This document shows, piece by piece, positions 39,772 through 48,454 of a stretch of 64,000 nucleotides of DNA. Below the pieces are notes generated by a model. It had not been told where the DNA came from and ran no database searches. It was given only the letters and a program-made list of their open reading frames with translations. Numbering within the stretch: the first letter of the stretch is position 1; each line of letters starts with the position of its first letter. This stretch comes from a virus. The translations under genes and the position numbers were made by a program. Where the stretch lies: the IMG/VR virus record IMGVR_UViG_3300025030_000062, positions 30,900 through 94,899 of that record. The stretch is one strand, 5' to 3'.

Positions 39772-40701
39772 TCACCTCTTGGCCCAATCAGGCAGTTCAT
39801 AATTTGTTTGAGCCTCAATAAACTTAGCAGCCGCTATCTGAAGATAGTGACATCCTTTCATAAAGTCCAACATTTCTTGTCCAGGGCGCTGATTCTTGCC
39901 GAAGCGGTTAGCGTATTTCTTACTTTGTTCAATACAGTATTCAATGCTCCAATCTGTAGCTTGATCTTCACCTTTATCTTTGTACTGAGGAATTGTATAG
40001 TTTTCAATATGATCTGCCACCTTATAAGCAAATTCAAGCCATTCTGCCGTGCGAATGCCTTTGTACTGCTGTTCACTTGTGGGCAATACTCGCTTACTAT
40101 CTTTAGCAGCTTCAATGATATCGTCGGCAAGTTGTTCAGTGTTAGGATAGGTAATTGTGCTGTTTATTACATCTTCGTAAGGAAGAGAACTGGTTTTATG
40201 ATTAAAAGGTTTGTGATTACGAGGTTTAGAAGATAGGTTTTCAGCAACAGACTGAGCGACATTAACAGATATCTTTTCATTCAGCGGAACCTGCGTTGCT
40301 AATCCAGTTATGAATTGAGGTTTCTCCAACAACTCCCTCTCAGCAACAACATCACGATTAATAGCAGCTTCCGAGCTAAACTTAGCAGGGTAGCGCAGCT
40401 TCAACTTGTTGATGTTGAGGGTTAGGACTTCGTTCATTGTAGTTTTAAGTTCATTTAATGCAAGAGCGATATACCACGAACAATCGCTCAATTCCTCTTT
40501 CGCATTAACTACATCAAGAGCTTTTCCGTAGTAGATGTGCTTTTTGATCATATCAACGAACTCGCCAGCTTCGGTAGCAAGACCCATCGCAGCATGTTGA
40601 AGTCTAGCGCATTTGATCATTCTAGCGTAAAGTTCTGCATCGTATTTACAATCCGTATTCATTGCGTGTTCAACGTAGTTCTCTGAGGTAATCTGTTCCA
40701 A
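39772..40701 (-). CDS. MazG-like NTP pyrophosphohydrolase fused to a C-terminal helical domain
   Basis: HAAMGLATEAGEFVDMIKK...EELSD..WY...NINKLKLRYP. Confidence 0.8.
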   Translation of the reverse strand: MEQITSENYVEHAMNTDCKYDAELYARMIKCARLQHAAMGLATEAGEFVDMIKKHIYYGKALDVVNAKEELSDCSWYIALALNELKTTMNEVLTLNINKLKLRYPAKFSSEAAINRDVVAERELLEKPQFITGLATQVPLNEKISVNVAQSVAENLSSKPRNHKPFNHKTSSLPYEDVINSTITYPNTEQLADDIIEAAKDSKRVLPTSEQQYKGIRTAEWLEFAYKVADHIENYTIPQYKDKGEDQATDWSIEYCIEQSKKYANRFGKNQRPGQEMLDFMKGCHYLQIAAAKFIEAQTNYELPDWAKR

Positions 40702-40792
40702 AGTTTAGTTCTCCTTTAAAATATTATTAAGGTTATTAGCATTCCTGTTATCATTCCAAATATAAATATTGCAGACACAAGTTGTTTATCCA

Positions 40793-41005
40793 TTACTTTA
40801 AACCCCTCCAAACAACAAAGCACTTAGCCGCCAAAGTAATCAGTTCCTGCTTCATTTGAGCAACGTTCTTCTTTTCAGCAGCAGTTTCAACCGCTTCAAA
40901 TTGCTCAAGCAAAAGGTCAACTTTCTCTTTGTTGGTAAAGTTGTGATAAGAAGTGTCGGTTTCTTCCATCATCTCAGAGACGAAGTACATGCTATCAACG
41001 CTCAT
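40793..41005 (-). CDS. Small helical protein, possibly degenerate MazG-like
   Basis: LLEQFE...KQELITLAA resembles the ELIQVAA motif. Confidence 0.35.
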   Translation of the reverse strand: MSVDSMYFVSEMMEETDTSYHNFTNKEKVDLLLEQFEAVETAAEKKNVAQMKQELITLAAKCFVVWRGLK

Positions 41006-41175
41006 ACAGCACCTTGCTCAATGCGTCGGTAACGCGTGCAATAACTTTACTGTCGCGTTGTTTGAGAGCGTCAACTATTAGGGATTGCAAAGCGGCTCTG
41101 GATTGACCACGATCATGATAACGTCTTTCTGTCCAGGCGTTAATAACGTTGAGAGCAATTTCATCTAAGGCAGGA

Positions 41176-41340
41176 TTAGCCATTAGTCACCTCTTCAGCG
41201 AGCTTAACGGCGTCTTGATAAGTTTCGGCGGTGGGGCAATTAAACTTAAAGCAATATTTCAGTTCAAGTTCATATAACGGGCAATTGTTGCAATCATCTA
41301 AGCGCCCATTACTGTCATAGGCTGGATTCTCAACTCTCAC
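41176..41340 (-). CDS. 54-aa Cys-rich protein (paralog of 32670..32897)
   Basis: Manual translation MRVENP...CNNCPL...CPTAETYQDA; RBS AAGGAGG, GTG start. Confidence 0.6.
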   Translation of the reverse strand: MRVENPAYDSNGRLDDCNNCPLYELELKYCFKFNCPTAETYQDAVKLAEEVTNG

Positions 41341-41400
41341 AACAGCCCTCCTTTAATGTTAATTTAAGTTAATTTTGCTGGTTCGGTTCGACGTGACCGG

Positions 41401-41493
41401 ACATTAGCTTGAAACGAGTACAATTGTCAAGGAAAACTTTTAGGTGTCAAATTAAATTAAAACTTGCATTGAGATACCTCTTTGTGGTAGCTT
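41401..41493. promoter_or_regulatory. Divergent sigma-70-type promoters at strand switch
   Basis: Leftward TTGACA-18-TAATGT (41430-41401); rightward TTGCAT-18-TAGCTT with TG extension (41464-41493). Confidence 0.5.
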
Positions 41494-41522
41494 TCCGACC
41501 AAATCAGCACAGGAGGTTTGGC

Positions 41523-41717
41523 TTGCTACGTGAAAAAACTCTAACTTTACTCAAAGAACGTTCGTCTAATATCAAGCTGTTAGATATAGCTATTGCGACA
41601 GGTCTTAGCTTCTATTGGCTTCAGTCCTTTTTAAAAAACGGACATGATTCTGATCCTGGTGTTGATAAAGTCGAAACTCTTTATAATTATCTCAGCCCTA
41701 AAAAGCTGAAATGTTAA
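41523..41717 (+). CDS. Small HTH DNA-binding protein
   Basis: TTG 6 nt after AGGAGG; LLDIAIATGLSFYWLQSF...TLYNYLSP. Confidence 0.65.
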   Translation: MLREKTLTLLKERSSNIKLLDIAIATGLSFYWLQSFLKNGHDSDPGVDKVETLYNYLSPKKLKC

Positions 41718-41732
41718 CAAAGGAGAACCGTA

Positions 41733-42089
41733 TTGGAACTGCTATTCGAGCAAGCCGAAACTGTGCCTGAACCAGAACAGTGCAAAGGTCTAGTCTTTCG
41801 CGGCTACAACTCAACCTTTAAATCCGGTAATCATGTGGGCAGGCATCAAGGTATTAAATTGCTTAAGAGGCAATCATGCCCTGGGTGCGAGAAGTGTTAT
41901 TTCTTACTAGATTTTGTTAGTGAAGATATTTATTGCGGTTCTCTTGAAATGCCCGAAATTGAGAACGGTGAGCTTTATTCGATTGAAGTAGTTGTTGATG
42001 GAAGAGATTGGGAAACCGGTTACGTTGATGATTGTCATGCTCGCGTTTATAAAATTGAATCTGATTTCATCGGGTCGGTTAAGCCCTAA
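41733..42089 (+). CDS. Hypothetical protein (CPGCEKC)
   Basis: RBS AAGGAG; operon packing. Confidence 0.55.
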   Translation: MELLFEQAETVPEPEQCKGLVFRGYNSTFKSGNHVGRHQGIKLLKRQSCPGCEKCYFLLDFVSEDIYCGSLEMPEIENGELYSIEVVVDGRDWETGYVDDCHARVYKIESDFIGSVKP

Positions 42090-42122
42090 ATTCCAAATTA
42101 TCAGCCAAACAGGAGGCATAAT

Positions 42123-43397
42123 TTGAATACTCAAGAACGCTTAGAAGCTGCTTACCGTGAAAATCCTTCTATTGGTCGCAAACTACTAGCTAAAGCTGCT
42201 AAATGCAGCCTCGGTCCAGCTCAGAGGTTCTTGGAGAAGAAAAGAGGAATTAAGCCTAGAACTAAAGTTAAAACTGAAACTGAACACAAAGATGAAGTAA
42301 ACACCTTATTTAACAAAGACGCAGCAGAAGTTACGGTTAACTCGTTACGTGTAATATCCCTTGATGATGCTTTACGTATATCAAAAGTAGACCTTTCTCT
42401 TTATGAGGTTGATAGATACGTTGTCAACGCCTGGGAAGTAACTATTAAAGGTGATAACGGACCTGAACAAGCAACGAACCATCAAGTTAAGGTTTGGCTC
42501 AAGCGTTTACATCCTGCGATTACCGCTTTCAGCAGACTGATTGAACAAGTTGAATCGCGTCCTGCTTGCGCCAGGGATCATGCACCACTACCCGAATTAG
42601 TCGATCCTCATATGTTAGAAATTTCTCTAATGGATCATCATTTTGGCAAGCTGGCTTGGCGGGGCGAAACCGGCGACGATTACGATCTTAAAATAGCTCA
42701 GCGAATCTATCAGGCTGCTGTGAGAGACTTGTTAGCTCGCGCTAAAGGCTACAACATAGGCAAAATACTCTTTCCAGTGGGTCAGGACTTCTTTAACATT
42801 GACAACAACGCAAACACTACTACAGGCGGCACAGCTCAAGATTCAGATGGTCGGCTTGCTAAAATCTTTGAAATAGGCTGTAATGCAGTAATTGATGCAA
42901 TTGATTACTGCTCACAGGTTGCTGAAGTTGAAGTTATCTACGTTCCTGGTAATCACGACTACACTACCAGCTATTACCTCGTTAAATATCTACAAGCTTG
43001 GTATCGTAACTGTGAACGTGTAAGTATTAATGCTGTACCCACAAGCAGAAAGTATATCAAGTACGGTGTTAACCTGCTCGGCTTTAGTCACGGCTGTGAT
43101 GAAAAGCGCGATTCGTTGCCGCTTATTATGCTCAGTGAATGCAGAGATATGATCCAGGATGTTAAGCACTTTGAATTTCACACTGGTCATTTGCATATGA
43201 AGCGCGAAACTAAGTATGTTGCCGGTGATAGCTTCGGGCCTGTGATAGTTCGCATATTACCTTCGTTGTGTGGCACTGATGCCTATCATTATAAAAAGGG
43301 CTACACGGAAGGTAGGAAGAGTGCTGAAGCTTATCTTTGGAGTGAAATGAACGGCTTTGTTGCGTTGTTTAACGTTTATGCGAGGAATTATGAATAG
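42123..43397 (+). CDS. Calcineurin-like metallophosphoesterase with N-terminal HTH-like region
   Basis: DHHFG, GQDFF, GNHD, SHG, GHLH metal-binding motifs. Confidence 0.85.
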   Translation: MNTQERLEAAYRENPSIGRKLLAKAAKCSLGPAQRFLEKKRGIKPRTKVKTETEHKDEVNTLFNKDAAEVTVNSLRVISLDDALRISKVDLSLYEVDRYVVNAWEVTIKGDNGPEQATNHQVKVWLKRLHPAITAFSRLIEQVESRPACARDHAPLPELVDPHMLEISLMDHHFGKLAWRGETGDDYDLKIAQRIYQAAVRDLLARAKGYNIGKILFPVGQDFFNIDNNANTTTGGTAQDSDGRLAKIFEIGCNAVIDAIDYCSQVAEVEVIYVPGNHDYTTSYYLVKYLQAWYRNCERVSINAVPTSRKYIKYGVNLLGFSHGCDEKRDSLPLIMLSECRDMIQDVKHFEFHTGHLHMKRETKYVAGDSFGPVIVRILPSLCGTDAYHYKKGYTEGRKSAEAYLWSEMNGFVALFNVYARNYE

Positions 43398-43728
43398 TCT
43401 GCCTACTTACGAAGTTAAAATCTTTGTCGGATTGCGTATTGGTTATAGTAAGATGATAAATAACTTTCAAACTGTGATTAATATTTGTCAAAACTATTGC
43501 AACGAAGTGTGTCTTTGCGTCACCGTTACTCCGACGACTTTTGTTTATGTAAACGGTAATGAGCCTGGAGCTATAATCGGTTTAATCAACTATCCGCGCT
43601 TTCCGTCTACTGAAGAAGATGTTTGCAATAAAGCAATTAAACTCGCTGAAATTTTGAAAGAAGAACTTCAGCAACAACGAGTTAGTGTTATGACTCCTAC
43701 TGAAAGTATTATGATCGGTGAAAGCTAA
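43390..43728 (+). CDS. Hypothetical protein
   Basis: CVTVTPT.FVY..G.EPG..IGLINYPRFP; ATG after GAGG. Confidence 0.6.
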   Translation: MNSLPTYEVKIFVGLRIGYSKMINNFQTVINICQNYCNEVCLCVTVTPTTFVYVNGNEPGAIIGLINYPRFPSTEEDVCNKAIKLAEILKEELQQQRVSVMTPTESIMIGES

Positions 43729-43903
43729 TGAACGAAGCTAATGTAGAGAAAATAGATTATCCTTTTGCTTTATTTCCAGTAAGAACATGTTCGGGTAAAC
43801 TTGTTTGGCTTAAAAGAGTCAAACGTAAATGGTATTGGATAGGATATGCAATAGATGATTTGGTAGGTCATTCCCCTTACATCATTTATTACGAGGAACT
43901 TTG

Positions 43904-44259
43904 ATGGAATTTATAATTGAGGACATACCGGTAATAGAGGCTTCAGTAACGCCTAAATTTCAGCACATTTCTCAAGTAAATGATGAATTTTATGGCGCAA
44001 CCACTGAACAAAAGCGTATAAGCTCTTTGCTGGTGGAGTGACTAACCTGGACTGGCGTCAGGCTAAAGGCTTAAAAGCTATCAATCAGGATTGGTGTAAT
44101 CTTTATTACGCTCACCTTTGGGATTATTACATTTGGGAGAATCCACATTTACTTGAGGTGCTGAAAGCTGCTTCGGGGTTGAGTGATATGTTTGGTCAGG
44201 TCGGGCATTGCTGTCAAGCTACTGAACTTTGGCGCATAAGAAATAAGGAGTTAATTTAA
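43904..44259 (+). pseudogene. Split gene; C-terminal part resembles NADAR-like phage proteins
   Basis: 43904..44041 (45 aa) overlaps a -1 frame encoding WRQAKG...LWD.YI.ENP.LL......LSDMFGQ..CCQA; family by recall only. Confidence 0.35.
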
Positions 44260-45107
44260 TGCTTTTCCAAGATATTAAAAACGGAAGATTCTATTTAGGC
44301 GATTGTCTTGAGGTAATGAAAGAGATTCCTGATGGTGTAATTGATATGATTCTTTGTGATCTGCCTTATGGAACTACTGCTTGTAAGTGGGATACTATTA
44401 TTCCGTTTAATCTGCTTTGGGAACAGTATGAAAGGATTATTAAGCCGAATGGGGCTATTGTACTTACAGCTAGTCAGCCTTTTACGAGTGCGTTAGTTAT
44501 GAGTAATGTTAGCTTGTTTAAATATGAATTGATATGGGAAAAGAGCAGAGCTTCTAATTTTGTTCATGCTAAGTATCAACCTTTAAAAGCCCATGAAAAC
44601 ATAATAGTTTTTAGTAAAGCGGCTGCTGCTCAAGGTACTAAGAACCCTATGTGTTATTACCCGCAGCACTCAAAAGGGAAACCTTACATAAAAGGAAAAG
44701 GTCATCAAGATAACCAGCATTTAGCAGGAGGTATGACTAAAAGCGAAACGATACAAGGTGTTAATGTCACAGGTGACAGAACGCCAAGAAGTGTTTCATA
44801 TTTCAGCAGCGATTCGGATAAGCAGCAGCGGGGTCTTCATCCAACCCAAAAGCCAGTAGCTTTATTCGAGTACCTAATCAAGACCTACACCAACGAAGGT
44901 GAACTTGTATTAGACAATTGCGCCGGATCAGGCACAACAGCTATAGCTTGTGAGAACACTAATCGTAGTTGGGTTTGTATTGAAAAAGAAGAAGAGTACG
45001 CTAACAAAGCTGTTGATAGAATATTAAATCACAATGTTCAACCGCAACAAATTCTAGCTCAAGAACCAGAAACCTTTGTTATTGAAGATGTTGCTGTGAA
45101 CGATTAG
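44259..45107 (+). CDS. DNA N6-adenine/N4-cytosine methyltransferase (beta class)
   Basis: GDCL, DLPYG, HPTQKP, VLDNCAGSGTT. Confidence 0.9.
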   Translation: MLFQDIKNGRFYLGDCLEVMKEIPDGVIDMILCDLPYGTTACKWDTIIPFNLLWEQYERIIKPNGAIVLTASQPFTSALVMSNVSLFKYELIWEKSRASNFVHAKYQPLKAHENIIVFSKAAAAQGTKNPMCYYPQHSKGKPYIKGKGHQDNQHLAGGMTKSETIQGVNVTGDRTPRSVSYFSSDSDKQQRGLHPTQKPVALFEYLIKTYTNEGELVLDNCAGSGTTAIACENTNRSWVCIEKEEEYANKAVDRILNHNVQPQQILAQEPETFVIEDVAVND

Positions 45108-45155
45108 CCTTTCTTTGCTTCATACTGTTACAATTTCATTTCAAAGAGGGCTAAA

Positions 45156-47747
45156 TTGGACAAACAACTACCGAATAACCTCATTGACTATAATTTGCTG
45201 TTCAATATCCCTCTTGAGTTGCGGTTGCTTAATCAGTGGGTGGTTTGGGCGTATGAATTTGACGCAATGGGTAAGCTCACTAAAGTTCTCAAAAACCCGC
45301 ATAATCCTGAATACAACGCTAGCGTAAGCAAGTCTTCTACATGGTCTAGTTTCGAGCATGTGTTTAACGTTGCCCGTAGCCGTAACATGTTGGTCGGTTT
45401 TGTTATAACGGCTGATTGCGGTTATTGCTGCATTGATATGGATAATGCTTATGAAAAGAACGAAGATGGTACGCTGAAATTTAGCGATCCTGTTGCTATT
45501 CAAAAGAAGCAAACATTTATAGCTGAAAAGTTCAACAGCTATCAAGAAATTTCACCTTCAGGTTTTGGTCTTCACATTTGGATTAAAGCAAGCGTTCCTA
45601 ATGGACGTAAACGCGAAGGCGTAGAAATCTATCCAGGTGGCCGCTTCATGTCATTCACCGGAAATGTATTCAACAACGTTTCTATTGGTGATTACAATGA
45701 CCTTGCTAATCAACTCTGGCAGGAAATGGGTAAAGAGCAGAAGTCTGTCGCAACCGACATTACCGGTTTAACTAAACCTCAATCAATAGAAGATCAAGAA
45801 ATACTTCGTATTGCAAGCACAGCCGCTAACGGAGATAAGTTCATTGAGTTGTACGAAGGACGTTGGCAAAACATGTACCCTAGCCAGTCCGAAGCAGATC
45901 AAGCATTAATGAATTTCATTTGCTTCTATACGCAAAACGTTGAACAGGTTAAACGAATATTTCTTGCTTCAGCATTAGGTAAAACAATTGGCCGTAAAGC
46001 TAAACCGGAGAACTACCTAATGCACGAAAGATACGGACTCGTGCCAAAAGCTTTTGATAAGACCTTGCCCACATTAAACATTGATACTCTTCGTAACAAC
46101 CTTGAGGATCAACTTGCTATTACCCGAACCTCAAATTGTGGGCAACCTGAGACATCAAACCCTGTGCCAGCCGTCCAAGTTCCTAGCACCGGCAACCTAG
46201 CGCCTTTTTGCCCATACCCTAGTAACCCCCAAGCGGAAAACGGCCTTTCTAGGGCAAATTTGGAGGCCGTTTTCTGCCCTATCGCGCCTGTTCAGCCGGT
46301 TCAGCCGGTTCAGACCGTCGTGCCTGCTCTGCCGGTCCAAGCTCCTGTTTCTGTTCCTCAGACACATATAGAAAACGTTATATCTGAAACTCTGAATACT
46401 TCTGCCGTGACCGTCCCTCCTGGCATCATCGGTGAAATCGCACGCTTCATTCACGACGCTGCACCGCGCCCTGTACCTGAGATTGCTATTGTTGCTGCAT
46501 TAGGACTAATGGCTGGTGTTTGCGGTAGAGCTTATAACGTTTCAGGTACGGGTTTGAATCAATACATATTCCTATTAGCTCAGACAGGTAGAGGAAAAGA
46601 AGCTATCAGTTCCGGCATTTCAACTCTTATGAACGCTGTGTATAAGACTGTGCCGAATGCTAAGAGGTTTATCGGTCCTGCTAAGATTGCTTCTTCTCCT
46701 GCGTTGATGAAATATATTACCAAAAACTCTAAAAGCTTCGTTTCGATCATGGGCGAGTTTGCTGATACGCTGAAAAAGATGTCAAATGGTAGCAAGGATA
46801 CTAACAAGCAAGACTTGCGTATTGATATGCTTGACCTGTTCAATAAATCCGGTCATGGTAACGTTTTAGGAAGTTTGATCTATTCTGACAAAGATAAAAG
46901 CACTGAAGTAATCACAGCTCCCGCGTTCTCTGTTATCGGTGAATCGACTAACGATAAGTTTTATGAGCATTTGAGCAAAGAAATGATCCTTGAAGGCTTG
47001 TTGCCGCGCTTTAACATCATTGAATATCATGGCGATAGACCGCCGCTGAACAAAGCTCATAAGAGCGTCAAACCTTCTTCTCAGCTTGTTGATTACTTTA
47101 GTTCTATTTGTGCTTATTGCGATCAGCTTAACAACGGCGATCAGGTATTAAATGTGCAGTTCTCTATTGAAGCTGAAATTGAATTTGATAAATTTGATAA
47201 GCTTTGTGACTGGAAAATCAATACTGAAATTGGCGCGTTCAGGGAGCTTTGGAACAGAGCGCATATAAAAGCATTGAAGCTTGCCGCACTCCTAGCTGTA
47301 GGTGTTAATTACATTAATCCTATTATTGATATTGAATGTACCAATTGGGCTATCAATCTAGTGAGGAAAGATATTGAGAACATTCTTTCTAAGTTCGAAA
47401 CAGGCGAAGTTGGCGCAATAAACGTGCAGAATGAGCAGATAGTTGAAGTAAAGAAAGCGTTGAAGAGTTACGTTACTAAAGAATGGAGTCAGGTTCAAAG
47501 CTATTCCGGCGCTACGTTGTCTACCTGGAACCAACGGATCATCCCGCACAGCTACGTATCAGCCATATGCAGAACCAAGACCCCGTTTAAAACTGACCGC
47601 CTAGGCCCGATACCGGCGTTGAATATGGTGATAAAGTCAATGCTTGAATGTGGGGATATAGTTGAACTTACGCCAATTGATAAACGCAATAAAGGCTTGA
47701 GTGGGGCGGCCAAAATGTACATGATTGTTAACTTTATGGGAATGTAG
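45156..47747 (+). CDS. AEP-type primase-polymerase fused to a helicase (DUF3987-like)
   Basis: QWVVW, CIDMD, EISPSGFGLHIW, EIY...RF..FTG, SQSEAD; AQTGRGKE Walker A; GLLPRF. Confidence 0.88.
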   Translation: MDKQLPNNLIDYNLLFNIPLELRLLNQWVVWAYEFDAMGKLTKVLKNPHNPEYNASVSKSSTWSSFEHVFNVARSRNMLVGFVITADCGYCCIDMDNAYEKNEDGTLKFSDPVAIQKKQTFIAEKFNSYQEISPSGFGLHIWIKASVPNGRKREGVEIYPGGRFMSFTGNVFNNVSIGDYNDLANQLWQEMGKEQKSVATDITGLTKPQSIEDQEILRIASTAANGDKFIELYEGRWQNMYPSQSEADQALMNFICFYTQNVEQVKRIFLASALGKTIGRKAKPENYLMHERYGLVPKAFDKTLPTLNIDTLRNNLEDQLAITRTSNCGQPETSNPVPAVQVPSTGNLAPFCPYPSNPQAENGLSRANLEAVFCPIAPVQPVQPVQTVVPALPVQAPVSVPQTHIENVISETLNTSAVTVPPGIIGEIARFIHDAAPRPVPEIAIVAALGLMAGVCGRAYNVSGTGLNQYIFLLAQTGRGKEAISSGISTLMNAVYKTVPNAKRFIGPAKIASSPALMKYITKNSKSFVSIMGEFADTLKKMSNGSKDTNKQDLRIDMLDLFNKSGHGNVLGSLIYSDKDKSTEVITAPAFSVIGESTNDKFYEHLSKEMILEGLLPRFNIIEYHGDRPPLNKAHKSVKPSSQLVDYFSSICAYCDQLNNGDQVLNVQFSIEAEIEFDKFDKLCDWKINTEIGAFRELWNRAHIKALKLAALLAVGVNYINPIIDIECTNWAINLVRKDIENILSKFETGEVGAINVQNEQIVEVKKALKSYVTKEWSQVQSYSGATLSTWNQRIIPHSYVSAICRTKTPFKTDRLGPIPALNMVIKSMLECGDIVELTPIDKRNKGLSGAAKMYMIVNFMGM

Positions 47748-47764
47748 CGTAGCGGTTTAGACAC

Positions 47765-47802
47765 AACAAAGCCCTCCTTGAATCACTCAGGAGGGCTTTG
47801 TT
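47765..47802. terminator. Bidirectional intrinsic terminator
   Basis: AACAAAGCCCTCCT-10 nt-AGGAGGGCTTTGTT between convergent transcription units. Confidence 0.85.
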
Positions 47803-47989
47803 TGCTTTACGGTTGATAACTAAGAATATTCACAATTTGTTCTTTCAACTTTTTCAAATCATTAACATAGGTTTCTGTGAATTTAGGGTCTTCCTGCTCA
47901 ACTTCAATGATTTGGAAAGCTGCTTCAAGAACACTTCTAAGAGTTACATCCATTTCTACTTTCATTTCACTTCCTCCTTTAAGTTAAAG

Positions 47990-48454
47990 TTAGTACAACG
48001 AATTCACATTGACAGTATTCACCAGCAAGTTCTTACGCCTAACGCTAAAGCTAATTTCGTCCCAAATTATATCATCAATCAGCGTACAAGTACAGTCTTT
48101 AAAGTTACGGCGACAGAAAGTAATGAACGCTGATTCTTTGTTGTTAAAGCAGAAGAAATCATCTTTAGTGAGCTTTGCAAGGTTGAATTCACTCATGACA
48201 TCACGGCGAAGTGTTTCTATTGTAGGAACTAGATCAGCGTCAATCTCAATACCTAAAGCAGCTTCAAGATCAGCTTTCATATCGTTCAGGAACGTAGCGC
48301 CGTCTTCAGCGTGCCAAATAGCAAAGGAGAATATGCTAAACTTAGTAAAGCTTCCTTGCTCAATAAATCGCTTTACCTTGTCAGCGTTGATGATTGTCGG
48401 ATTCTCCCAGGTTTTGATTACAGTTCCTTCTAGGTCTAGGAATAGAATGTTCAT
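47990..48454 (-). CDS. HAD-superfamily hydrolase-like protein
   Basis: ILFLDLEGTV motif I; KESAF; LIDD motif IV. Confidence 0.6.
   Translation of the reverse strand: MNILFLDLEGTVIKTWENPTIINADKVKRFIEQGSFTKFSIFSFAIWHAEDGATFLNDMKADLEAALGIEIDADLVPTIETLRRDVMSEFNLAKLTKDDFFCFNNKESAFITFCRRNFKDCTCTLIDDIIWDEISFSVRRKNLLVNTVNVNSLY

Noticed and set aside
17675-47747. 7-deazaguanine DNA-modification cluster expected in phages with a similar replication module
   Set aside because: No folE/queC/queD/queE/dpdA-like ORF recognised in this window
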